Shown one piece after another: positions 55,336 through 64,000 of a stretch of DNA of 64,000 nucleotides; position 1 is the stretch's first letter, and every line of letters begins with the position of its first letter. The notes under the pieces were generated by a model. It ran no database searches and was not told the origin of the DNA. It saw only the letters and a list, made by a program, of their open reading frames with translations. Origin of the DNA: Alphaproteobacteria bacterium (GTDB lineage: Bacteria; Pseudomonadota; Alphaproteobacteria; Bin95); contig CBDBGH010000003.1 in assembly GCA_965205265.1 (NCBI GenBank), positions 4,512,001-4,576,000 of the forward strand, given 5' to 3'. The position numbers and the translations under genes were made by a program.

Positions 55336-56292
55336 ATGAGTCCCAGCCTGCGCCTCGTCTTCGAGGACGGCACGGAGCGGGAGATCGCGGGCCTGCCCTG
55401 GCAGACGGTGTTCCAGGCGGCCCAGGCCCACGGCATCGAGCTGGCGACCGACTGCCGGGAAGGCGCCTGCGGTACCTGCAAGGCGCGCTGCACAGAGGGC
55501 GAATACGATGTGGGCGACGCCAGCCCGGAGGCGTTGACCGCCGAGGAGGAAGCCGCCGGCCTTGTGCTGACCTGCCAGATGCTGCCGCTCGGCGATTGCA
55601 CGCTCCGTTTCCCCTATCCCTTCTCGCTGACCGGCGGACCGCTGCGCCGGCAGGCCGTGCTGGAGGCCGTGGAGCGCGTGGCCGAGGACACGGTCCGGTT
55701 CGAGTTTGCGCTCGATGCGGAGCTGCCGTTCCTGCCCGGCCAGTATGCGCGCATCGGCGTGCCCGGTACGGGGGCGGAACGGGCCTTCTCTTTCTCCCGC
55801 CGGGACCGGGCCGAGTTCCATGCGCGCCTGCTGCCGGACGGCCTGATGTCGAACTATCTGGCGGCGCGCGCGAAGCCCGGCGACCGGCTCGACCTGTCGG
55901 GGCCCTTTGGCGGGTTCTTCCTGCGGGAGCCTGTGCGGCCCGTCCTGATGGCGGCGGGCGGCACGGGCCTCGCCCCGATCCTCGCCATGCTGGAGGCGCT
56001 GGACGGCCGCCAGCCGGCGGTCGTTCTCTTCGGCGCGGCTGCCGAGGGGCGCCTGTTTGCGCTCGACCGCCTGGCTGCGACCGGCGCGGAGCTGCGCATC
56101 GCCGTGGAGGAGCCGGGCGAAGACCCGTCCTTCCATACGGGCTTCGTCACCGACCTGATCGACCCGCCTGCGGGCGACATGGACGCCTATGTCTGCGGGC
56201 CGCCGGCGATGATCGACGCGGCCCGCATGCGGCTCCGCGCCGCGGGCATGGCCGAAGAGTGCATTCATTGCGAACGCTTCCTGCCGAGTTGA
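55336..56292 (+). CDS. 2Fe-2S ferredoxin-FAD/NAD(P)H reductase (BenC/XylZ-like)
   Basis: CREGACGTC...LTC, RAFS, GLMS, GGTGLAP, YVCGPP, terminal ERF. Confidence 0.88.
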   Translation: MSPSLRLVFEDGTEREIAGLPWQTVFQAAQAHGIELATDCREGACGTCKARCTEGEYDVGDASPEALTAEEEAAGLVLTCQMLPLGDCTLRFPYPFSLTGGPLRRQAVLEAVERVAEDTVRFEFALDAELPFLPGQYARIGVPGTGAERAFSFSRRDRAEFHARLLPDGLMSNYLAARAKPGDRLDLSGPFGGFFLREPVRPVLMAAGGTGLAPILAMLEALDGRQPAVVLFGAAAEGRLFALDRLAATGAELRIAVEEPGEDPSFHTGFVTDLIDPPAGDMDAYVCGPPAMIDAARMRLRAAGMAEECIHCERFLPS

Positions 56293-57716
56293 GGCAAGCG
56301 GGCCGGCGGCGCCTGGCGGCGCTGGCGCTCTCCGCCGCGCTGGCGCTGGCGCCCCTTTCGGCCGCGCAGCCGGAAACGCTGCCGCCCGCCGAGGCGTCGA
56401 TCGCCGCCGCCGGGCTCGAAGGCGCCAGCACCGGCTATATCGTGGCCGACCTCGACGGCGGCGCCGTGCTGGCGTCGCGGCGGGCAGACGAGGCCTTCCT
56501 GCCCGCCTCCACCGCCAAGATCGCCACCGCCGTCGCGGCGCTCGAGATCCTGGGCGGCGAGCACCGCTTCGAGACGAGCCTCCGGCTTTCCGGCGACCGG
56601 CTCTATCTGGTGGGCGGCGGCGATCCGCTGCTCGCCGTGGAGGACCTGATGTCGCTCGCGCGGGCCGGCGCCGAAGCCGGCATCGGCCGGGCCCGCTTCT
56701 TCCACGACGACAGCCTGCTCGCGCCCGCCGCCGAAATCGACGCCGGGCAGAGCGACCGCGCGACCTACAATCCGGGCGTTTCGGCGCTCTCGCTGTCCTT
56801 CAACCGGCGGCGCCTGGTCTGGGGCGCGAAACCGGGCGGCGGGTTTGCGGCCTTCGCCCTGCCGGACGGCGACCTGGCGCCGCTGCGGGCTGCCCTGGGC
56901 AAGGGCGAGCCGCTCTTCCACCGCCTGGAAACGCCGGACGGGCCGAGCTGGCGCGTGACGGCCCGGAGGCCCGGCCGGACATGGGTGCCGGTGCGCCGGC
57001 CGTCGCGCTTCACGGCCTCCCTCTTCCGCGAGCTTGCGGCCTTTCAGGGGCTCGCGCTGACCGAACCGGAAGCAGGAACCGCGTCGGCGGATGCCCGGCC
57101 CGTCGCCCGCCATCTCGGTCCGCGGCTGGTCGATATCGCAGCTCTTTCCCTGCAATACAGCAACAATCTCGTCGCCGAGCTGATGGGCCTCGGAGCCTCC
57201 CGCAGGCTGGCCGGCCGGCCCGAGACGCTGGCGGCCTCCGCCGCCCGCCTGCAGGCGGAGCTCGACCGGCGCCTCGGCGGCGGCGGGGCGGGCTGGCTGC
57301 TCGACCGCCATTCCGGCCTCAGCAGCCGGTCGCGCGCCTCGCCCCGGCGGATGGCGGCGCTGCTGCGCTATGCCGACGGCCGACGCTACGGGGGCCGCAG
57401 CTTCGGGTCGCTCCTGCCGGTCTCCGGCTGGAAGGGCTCGCTTGCCGGCTGGGAGGAGGAGCCCGCGCTGGCGTTCCGCGTCTGGGCCAAGACCGGCAGC
57501 ATGTATTACGGGCGCGGACTCGCCGGCTACCTCCACGCGGCGTCCGGACGACGGCTGGTCTTCGCACTGTTCACGAGCGACCTCGACGAGCGCCGGCGCC
57601 TCGACGCGCTCGGCCCGGAGCCGGGAGAGGAGGAGCGCGACCGGGGCGAGGCCTGGCTCGAACGGGCGCGGGACTTGGAGCGGGCCCTGCTCAAGCGCTG
57701 GGCGTCGGCGTTTTAG
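56289..57716 (+). CDS. dacB: D-Ala-D-Ala carboxypeptidase/endopeptidase (PBP4, peptidase S13); TTG start inferred
   Basis: Signal peptide; PASTAK (SxxK), GGGDP, SNN (SxN), SGLS, KTG. Confidence 0.85.
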   Translation: MRQAGRRRLAALALSAALALAPLSAAQPETLPPAEASIAAAGLEGASTGYIVADLDGGAVLASRRADEAFLPASTAKIATAVAALEILGGEHRFETSLRLSGDRLYLVGGGDPLLAVEDLMSLARAGAEAGIGRARFFHDDSLLAPAAEIDAGQSDRATYNPGVSALSLSFNRRRLVWGAKPGGGFAAFALPDGDLAPLRAALGKGEPLFHRLETPDGPSWRVTARRPGRTWVPVRRPSRFTASLFRELAAFQGLALTEPEAGTASADARPVARHLGPRLVDIAALSLQYSNNLVAELMGLGASRRLAGRPETLAASAARLQAELDRRLGGGGAGWLLDRHSGLSSRSRASPRRMAALLRYADGRRYGGRSFGSLLPVSGWKGSLAGWEEEPALAFRVWAKTGSMYYGRGLAGYLHAASGRRLVFALFTSDLDERRRLDALGPEPGEEERDRGEAWLERARDLERALLKRWASAF

Positions 57717-57851
57717 GGCGCGAGCCGTTCCGACAGCGCCGCATTCCGGCCTCGCGCCTTCTCCCCGGGTATGACGGAAGAAATGTCGTTGGTTTATTCC
57801 GTCAACCTATCTTTGTTATCCCCATCCGTTTCAACCCGGACGGACCGGCCG

Positions 57852-58823
57852 CTATGCTTCTTCGGTCAGTTCCGGCACGACCCATAGCGGGTCGGAGCCG
57901 CGCGCGACGCGCTGGACATTGTCGAAGGCGTTGCGCACCCGCGCCGTATTGCTCTCGAAGGTCGGGCCGGCGAGATGCGCCGTGAGCGTGACGTTCTCCA
58001 TGTTGAAGAGCGGGTTGTCGGCCGGCGGCGGCTCCTGGTCGAACACGTCCAGACCCGCTGCCGCGACAGTCCCGTCCGCCAGCGCCGCGCATAGCGCCGC
58101 CTCGTCCACGACCGGCCCGCGCGACGTGTTCACGAGGATTGCCGAGGGCTTCATCAGCGCGAGTTCCCCGGCGCCGACCAGATGACGGGTCGATGCGTTC
58201 AGCGGCACATGCAGGGACACGATGTCCGCCTCGCGGAGCAGCTCCCGCAGCAGGCGGAAGCGCACATTGAGCGCGTCCTCCCGGTCCTCCGGCAGCCGCT
58301 CGATGTCGTAGTAGACCACCTCCATGCCGAAGGCGAGCGCAAGCCGGGCGGTCTTCTTGCCGATGGTGCCGAGCCCGACGATGCCGAGCGTGCGCCCGCG
58401 CATCTCATGCAGGCGCGGCGTGCTGTTGCCCCGCCAATTGCCGGCCGCCACCGTCCGGTGCTGGCGGACGAGCTGGCGCGAGGCGGCCAGCGCGAGCAGG
58501 ATCGCATGTTCGGAAACGGCGGTGGAGTTGGCGCCGCCATTGTTGCAGAGCGGCACGCCGGCACGCCTTGCGGCGGAGAGGTCGGCCTGGTCGTAGCCGG
58601 CGCTCAGCAGCTGGATCAGCTTCAGGTTCGGGCCGGCCTCGAACAGCGCGTCGTCCACGAGCCCGTCCACGAAGCCCACGAGATATTCGGCGTCCCGCAT
58701 CGCGTCCAGATATTCGGCGCTCTTCGCCGGCACGACGGCCAACTCGAAGCCCGAAGGCGCCATGTCCCGCGCGACATCGGCGGCGTCGGGAAACATGGTG
58801 ACGAAAACGATCCTGGGCTGCAT
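57852..58823 (-). CDS. D-isomer-specific 2-hydroxyacid dehydrogenase
   Basis: GIVGLGTIG, LHVPL, NTSRG.VVDE, AGLDVF..EP, H. Confidence 0.9.
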   Translation of the reverse strand: MQPRIVFVTMFPDAADVARDMAPSGFELAVVPAKSAEYLDAMRDAEYLVGFVDGLVDDALFEAGPNLKLIQLLSAGYDQADLSAARRAGVPLCNNGGANSTAVSEHAILLALAASRQLVRQHRTVAAGNWRGNSTPRLHEMRGRTLGIVGLGTIGKKTARLALAFGMEVVYYDIERLPEDREDALNVRFRLLRELLREADIVSLHVPLNASTRHLVGAGELALMKPSAILVNTSRGPVVDEAALCAALADGTVAAAGLDVFDQEPPPADNPLFNMENVTLTAHLAGPTFESNTARVRNAFDNVQRVARGSDPLWVVPELTEEA

Positions 58824-58905
58824 GGGCTCCGTCCGTTCCTGCTTGTGTCGGGGGCGGCCGCCGCTGCGGGCCGCCGAAGGGTTCGGGGCGAAAAACGGTA
58901 GCGGC

Positions 58906-58937
58906 GGCGGGACGGCCTGTCCATCCGCCGTCCCGCC
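58906..58937 (-). terminator. 11-bp stem-loop right after the ThDP enzyme stop codon (terminator or mRNA stabiliser)
   Basis: GGCGGGACGGC-N10-GCCGTCCCGCC; the T-run lies about 10 nt beyond the stem. Confidence 0.45.
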
Positions 58938-60635
58938 TCAAGCGTGCTGCTTCGCCTCGAACGCGGCGACCTCGCTCATGAACGGGGCGGCGACATCGGC
59001 ATTGATCTTGCAGTCCAGAAAGACCGGGCCGTCCGGCGCCGCCAGCAAGGGGCCGAGCGCCTCCAGGTCATCGGGCGTGCGCACCGTGCGGGCGTCGTAA
59101 CCGAACGCCTCGGCGACCGGCGCGAAATCGACATCGGGGAAGACCGACTTGGCGACCGGGAGCTGGCGCAGCCTCAGATGATGAAGTTCGGCGCCATAGG
59201 CGCAGTCGTTCATCAGCACGATGACCAGCGGCAGGTCCTCGCGCACGACGGTTTCGAGCTCGCCCATCGTCATCAGGAAGCCGCCGTCGCCCACCACGAA
59301 GACCGTCGGAATGTCCGGACGCGCCCGGGCGAAGCCGAGCGCCGCGCCGAAGCCGAGCCCGATGGAGGCGAAATCGTTGGTCATCTTGAAATGCGCCGGA
59401 TCCGGGACGGACAGGTAGGGCACGACGCCGAGGAAATTGCCTGCGTCGTAAACGACATTCCGGGCGTCGGGCAGCATCCGGTCCAGCATGGCGGCGAGCG
59501 AGCGCGGGTCGATCGTGCGCGCCGTGTTGGCCGGCTGGAAGTCGTTCGCGATGGAGAAGCCGTCGAGCGCGGCCATGCTCCCGGCGCTGTGCCAGGGCTT
59601 GTCGGCGGCCGCCTTTTCCGCCGTTGCTTCGAGAAGCTGCTCGGCCGCCAGCTTCGCGTCGCCCACCACGGCGATATCGGCCGTGGTCCAGCGGCCGATG
59701 CTGGCCCGCGAGGCGTCGATCTGGATCAGCGGCGCATCGGGCAGGGATTCGCCGAAGCTCATGGTGAGGATGTTCAGCCCTGCGCCGACCGCGAGCACGC
59801 AATCGACCTCGGCCGCCATGCGCCGCGCCGCGGAATGCGAGAACGAGCCGATGATGCCGAGGTTCAGCCGGTGGCCGCGGAACATGTCCTTGCCCCTGGC
59901 CGTCGTGGAGAGCATGGCTCCCGTCCTTTCCGCCAGGCGGACCAGCGCCTCGCGCGCGCCCGACTTCCAGGCGCCGTGGCCGGCCAGGATGAGCGGCCGC
60001 TTCGCCCTGTCGAGCAGGGACGCCGCCGCCCGGACGGCATGCGCGCGCGCCGGCTCGGCCCGCCGCGCGGGAACCGGCCCGGCGTCCAGCGGCTCCGGCG
60101 CCGCCTCGTCCGGATCGACGGCGATCTCCCTGTGTTGCACATCGACCGGCAGGAGCAGCGCAACCGCCTGCCCCGTCCGCGCCAGGGCGGCCGCATCCGC
60201 CAGGGTGGCGCGGGCCGTCGCGGCGCCGGTCGGCGCAAACACCCGGACCCCGGCCGCCTTCAGCACGCCGGCGCCGTCCAGTCCCTTGTAGTCGGGCCCG
60301 AGCGCATTCGCCGGCCCGGTCGGCAGCGCCGCCTCGCCATAGACGATGAGAACGGGATTGCCGGTCCGCGCGGCGAAGGACGCGGCCTGCAGGCCGTTGG
60401 CGAGCGCCGGCCCCCGCCCGACCAGGGCCACGCCGAGGCGCCCGGTCGCGGCCGCATAGCCGTCCGCCATGCCGATGGCGACATTCTCGTGCCGCGCGCC
60501 GAGAAGCGCGATCCCCATGGCGTCCAGGGTCACGGCGAACGCCGCCGTGTCGTCGCTCATCAGCCCGAACACCGTGTCGACGCCCATCGCCGCAATGTCT
60601 TCGGCCAACGCCTGGTAGATCGGAACAGTCCGCAT
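58938..60635 (-). CDS. Thiamine diphosphate-dependent enzyme (acetolactate synthase-like superfamily)
   Basis: ARHE catalytic Glu, GDGGFLM...NDCAYG ThDP motif. Confidence 0.88.
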   Translation of the reverse strand: MRTVPIYQALAEDIAAMGVDTVFGLMSDDTAAFAVTLDAMGIALLGARHENVAIGMADGYAAATGRLGVALVGRGPALANGLQAASFAARTGNPVLIVYGEAALPTGPANALGPDYKGLDGAGVLKAAGVRVFAPTGAATARATLADAAALARTGQAVALLLPVDVQHREIAVDPDEAAPEPLDAGPVPARRAEPARAHAVRAAASLLDRAKRPLILAGHGAWKSGAREALVRLAERTGAMLSTTARGKDMFRGHRLNLGIIGSFSHSAARRMAAEVDCVLAVGAGLNILTMSFGESLPDAPLIQIDASRASIGRWTTADIAVVGDAKLAAEQLLEATAEKAAADKPWHSAGSMAALDGFSIANDFQPANTARTIDPRSLAAMLDRMLPDARNVVYDAGNFLGVVPYLSVPDPAHFKMTNDFASIGLGFGAALGFARARPDIPTVFVVGDGGFLMTMGELETVVREDLPLVIVLMNDCAYGAELHHLRLRQLPVAKSVFPDVDFAPVAEAFGYDARTVRTPDDLEALGPLLAAPDGPVFLDCKINADVAAPFMSEVAAFEAKQHA

Positions 60636-60702
60636 CCCGCCTCTCCCGCACCGGTTCGCCGGCCATCATACCCGATATCGGCAAACCCGCTGCCGGGGCG
60701 GT

Positions 60703-61407
60703 TCAGCCCTGCTCGTCCATGGCCTCCGTGCCGCTCATCAGCCGGGAGAAACGCACCGGCAGTATCTCCGTCGTCTGCAGCCGCCCGCCCGCCTCCCTGG
60801 CGACCAACATCAGGCGCTGGTCGTCGTCCAGGCCCGCCGGGACGACCATCCGCCCGTCCGGCTTCAGCTGCTGCAGCAGCGCCGGCGGGATGAGGTCGGG
60901 CGCCGCGGTGACGATGATGCGGTCGAAGGGCCCGTGCTCGGGCCAGCCCAGGCTGCCGTCGCCGATGCGGAAGCTCACATTGGCGTAGCCCCGCTCCGCG
61001 AGCCGGCGGCGGCCGTCCCGCGCCAGCTCTCCGATCACCTCGACGGTGAACACCTCGCCCGCGAGCTCCGCCAGCAGCGCCGTCTGGTAGCCGAGACCCG
61101 TGCCGACCTCCAGCACCCTGTGCCCGGGACCGATCCCGAGCAGGTCGGTCATCAGGGCGACGATGAAGGGCTGCGAGATGGTCTTGCCGCTGCCGATGGG
61201 AAGCGGCCGGTCGAGATAGGCGTAGGGCGCCATCTCGACCGGCACGAAGGCATGGCGCGGAACCCGCCCGACCGCCTCCAGCACCGGTGCGGAGATCGCG
61301 GCGCGCCCAGTCCTGTCGGCGACGCGCTCGGCGTGGCGCTCGATCTGCTCGACCATCGCGCGGCGCAGGGCCGCAAACGCATCGTCCTTGCCTTCCGCCG
61401 CCGTCAT
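60703..61407 (-). CDS. pcm: Protein-L-isoaspartate O-methyltransferase
   Basis: VPRHAFV, TISQP, VLEVGTGLGY, GDGSLGW, PFDRIIVTAA. Confidence 0.92.
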   Translation of the reverse strand: MTAAEGKDDAFAALRRAMVEQIERHAERVADRTGRAAISAPVLEAVGRVPRHAFVPVEMAPYAYLDRPLPIGSGKTISQPFIVALMTDLLGIGPGHRVLEVGTGLGYQTALLAELAGEVFTVEVIGELARDGRRRLAERGYANVSFRIGDGSLGWPEHGPFDRIIVTAAPDLIPPALLQQLKPDGRMVVPAGLDDDQRLMLVAREAGGRLQTTEILPVRFSRLMSGTEAMDEQG

Positions 61408-61453
61408 GTCCGCCGCCCGGCCATCGCCCCGCCGGTCTAAACGCCCGTGGACG

Positions 61454-62572
61454 CTAATTCAATGTCTGGAAGAGCCGCCGCAGCAGCATCATGCGGGGAA
61501 CCAGCGAGGAGACGTAGAGATGCTCCTCCAGCGTGTGCGCGCCGGCCCCGTCCACTCCCAGACCGTCCAGCGTCGGTGCGACCGGCGCGGTGAAATTGCC
61601 GTCGCTGCCGCCGCCGGTGAAGGTCTCGCCCAGCTCGAACCCGATCTCGGAGGCCAGCCCGCGCGCATGTTCGTAGAGCGAGGCGATGGCGTTCGATTTC
61701 CGGTAAGGAGGCCGGTTCATCCCTCCGCTGACGGTCAATTCGACCGCGGGATTGTAGGGCCTGATCCCCTGCACCCTGGCGACCGCGGCCGCGCCGTCCT
61801 CCGGCCGGGTCATGCGGATGTCCAGTTCCGCCGTGCAATGTTCCGGCACGACATTGACGCCCGTGCCGCCGGAAAGCAGCCCGACATTGACGGTCACGCC
61901 GGTTTCGTAGTCCGTCATCGCCTCCAGATCGACGATCTGCCGGGCCATCTCCAGCACCGCGCTCTCGCCGTCGCTGTGCGACACGCCGGAATGGGCGGGT
62001 TTCCCGCGCGCCACGATCTTCATCCGCGCCGCCCCCTTCCGGCCGGTCACGCAGCATCCGCCATCGCGGGCGGGTTCCGTCACCAGCACGTATTTCGCCC
62101 GCTCCGCCGCCGCGACGATACGGGATTGCGAAGTGGGAGAGCCGACCTCCTCGTCGGACACCACGAGGAAGCGGACCGGCAGCGGCGTCTTCTCCCCCGC
62201 ATCGGCAATCGAGCGGATCGCCGACAGCGCGATCCACACACCGCCCTTCATGTCGTAGATGCCGGGGCCGTAGGCCCTGTCGCCTTCGGTGCGCAGCGGG
62301 TTGGCGGCCAGCGTCCCGGCCGGGTGGACCGTATCGAGATGGCAGAGCACAAGGATGCCCTCGCCATCGCCGCCCCAGGGCGCGCGCGCCGCCAGATGGT
62401 CCCCGAAGCCGTCCCGGGCGGGTATCGTCTCCGTGACCAGCCCGGCCGCGCGGAAGTCCGCCTCCGCCACCGCCATCATCCGGGCGATGCCGTCGCGGTC
62501 GTCCGTCTTGCTCTCGATGGCGGCCCAGCGGTTGATGCCGTCGAGCAGCTCTTCGGTGTCCGGGATCGTCAT
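61454..62572 (-). CDS. M20 metallopeptidase (glutamate carboxypeptidase-like)
   Basis: HLDTV, GPGIYDMKGG, DEEVGS, GGGSDGN, GAHT. Confidence 0.9.
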   Translation of the reverse strand: MTIPDTEELLDGINRWAAIESKTDDRDGIARMMAVAEADFRAAGLVTETIPARDGFGDHLAARAPWGGDGEGILVLCHLDTVHPAGTLAANPLRTEGDRAYGPGIYDMKGGVWIALSAIRSIADAGEKTPLPVRFLVVSDEEVGSPTSQSRIVAAAERAKYVLVTEPARDGGCCVTGRKGAARMKIVARGKPAHSGVSHSDGESAVLEMARQIVDLEAMTDYETGVTVNVGLLSGGTGVNVVPEHCTAELDIRMTRPEDGAAAVARVQGIRPYNPAVELTVSGGMNRPPYRKSNAIASLYEHARGLASEIGFELGETFTGGGSDGNFTAPVAPTLDGLGVDGAGAHTLEEHLYVSSLVPRMMLLRRLFQTLN

Positions 62573-62712
62573 CGGGTCCGGGGCTCCTGTCCGTCCGGTG
62601 GCCGGCAGAGCATAGGCGCGCGCCCTCGCGCCGCAAGCGCGCGGGCCCTAGAATGAAACGGAGTTCGCGAAACCTGTCCGCGAACCGCCGGCGCAGCAGG
62701 GAGGAGGCAGCC

Positions 62713-63462
62713 ATGCCGTTTTACGAGAAGGGCGATGTCCGCATCCGCTACGAGGAGGCCGGCAGCGGCTTTCCGCTTCTGGTCACCCCGGGGGGCGGCC
62801 TCAACTCCCGTATCGGCAACTGGCCGACGGCGGTCATCAACGCGATGGATGTCTTCAAGGACGACTTCCGCTGCATCACGATGGACCAGCGCAACGCCAA
62901 TGGCGGCGAGAGCACGGGGCCGGTCGCCGTGGACGACCCGTGGGGCGCCTTCGCCGACGACCAGCTCGGGCTGATGGACCATCTGGGCATCCGCGAATTC
63001 GCCTTCATGGGCTACTGCATCGGCGGCTGCTTCGCCGGGTCGCTGCTCGACCGGGCCCCCGAGCGCGTCGCCGCCGCGGTATTCTGCCAGACGGTGGGGC
63101 ACCGTCCGGAAGACCCCGATGTCATGTACCGGTCCGGCCGGGACGGGTGGGCTCCGGGGCTGCTCGCGGAGCGGCCCGACGTGACGCAGGACGAAATCGA
63201 GCGCTACCTGCACAATCTCTACCGGGTGAACCCCGACTTCCTCTACAGCGTCTCGCGCGACGTAATCCGCAACTGCCGCACGCCGATCCTCGTGCTGCCG
63301 GACGACACCCCGGCCCACCCGCACCGGACCTCGGTCGAGGTCGCCTCGCTGGCGCCGAACGCCGAGATCACGGTCTTCCCCTGGACCTCCCCGCCCGAGC
63401 TGAAGGAACGCACGGTCGAGCGGGTGCGCCAGTTCATCCGCAAGCACGGCGCGGCGCCGTAG
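62713..63462 (+). CDS. Alpha/beta hydrolase-fold protein with Cys at the nucleophile elbow
   Basis: PGGG, MDQRN, GYCIGG, late His (AHPH); GGAGG RBS. Confidence 0.8.
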   Translation: MPFYEKGDVRIRYEEAGSGFPLLVTPGGGLNSRIGNWPTAVINAMDVFKDDFRCITMDQRNANGGESTGPVAVDDPWGAFADDQLGLMDHLGIREFAFMGYCIGGCFAGSLLDRAPERVAAAVFCQTVGHRPEDPDVMYRSGRDGWAPGLLAERPDVTQDEIERYLHNLYRVNPDFLYSVSRDVIRNCRTPILVLPDDTPAHPHRTSVEVASLAPNAEITVFPWTSPPELKERTVERVRQFIRKHGAAP

Positions 63463-63464
63463 GG

Positions 63465-64000
63465 TCAGCCCTTCAGCCGCTCTGCCGTTTCCGCGTCCGC
63501 TTTCACCGCCGCCGCGTAGGACGGCAGCGCCGTCACCCTGTCGAACCAGGCCTGAGTCGCCGCGGGCAGCGTTTCGCCGACCATGCGGCGGTATCCGCGC
63601 ATGGTGTAGCAGGTGCTTATATCCACCGCGCTCATCGCCTCGCCCAGCAGCCAGGGCCGGTCCGACAGCGCCGCATCGAGCGCCGCGACGCAAGCCGTCG
63701 CCCGGCCCTTCATCTCCGCCACCACGGCATCGAGCTCCGGGTCGAACTCGCGGCGGTGATTGACGATCTCGCCCAGCGGCCGGGCGAAGGTCGCCTCCGC
63801 AAACCAGCTCCATTGCAGGTAATGCGCGTAGCCGGGGTCGTCCCTCGGCGGCTGCAGCCGGCCGCCGCCATAGCGGTCCAGGACGTATTGCAGCATGGCG
63901 CAGGACTCGAACATGACCATGTCGCCATCGGCCATGACCGGCACCTTGCCGACCGGGTTGAGCGCCCGCCATTCCGGCGTCGCGCGATACTCGGCGGCGA
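63465..64000 (-). CDS. Glutathione S-transferase (N-terminus beyond the window)
   Basis: Frame open to the window edge: LNPVGKVPV, FES.A...Y, WLLGE..SAVDI. Confidence 0.88.
   Translation of the reverse strand, partial: AAEYRATPEWRALNPVGKVPVMADGDMVMFESCAMLQYVLDRYGGGRLQPPRDDPGYAHYLQWSWFAEATFARPLGEIVNHRREFDPELDAVVAEMKGRATACVAALDAALSDRPWLLGEAMSAVDISTCYTMRGYRRMVGETLPAATQAWFDRVTALPSYAAAVKADAETAERLKG

Noticed and set aside
55143-56288. 857-aa ORF extending dacB upstream
   Set aside because: It overlaps the reductase gene out of frame; the signal peptide begins near 56289.

Overview
High-GC alphaproteobacterial chromosome segment (Rhodospirillales-like by gene order and protein style; this is an inference). 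Bases ~1.5-33.4 kb hold the contiguous translation/transcription superoperon: tRNA-Tyr, tRNA-Gly, tuf, tRNA-Trp, secE, nusG, rplKAJL, rpoBC, rpsLG-fusA-tuf, then the S10, spc and alpha operons. The remainder is housekeeping and accessory metabolism. It includes an EamA transporter and gamma-glutamyltransferase next to the methylamine N-methylglutamate genes (mgsABC-gmaS), a single-Cys racemase/decarboxylase-family gene, a beta-aminotransferase-like gene, gloB, argG-rlmN-ialB and an orphan mesaconyl-CoA transferase (Mct). Further on are an AT-richer fasciclin/GntR patch, an acyl-CoA ligase/2OG-dioxygenase/reductase/DacB run, and ThDP enzyme, pcm, M20 peptidase, hydrolase and GST genes. No transposase, integrase, prophage or CRISPR array was seen. 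The most unusual signals are two 27-bp tandem arrays inside the superoperon: one gives L22 a 65-aa strongly acidic tail, and the other repeats the last nine codons of tuf, TGA included, in front of tRNA-Trp. Several enzyme clusters also have atypical catalytic motifs or partners. All functional calls rest on motif recognition from memory, not on database searches.
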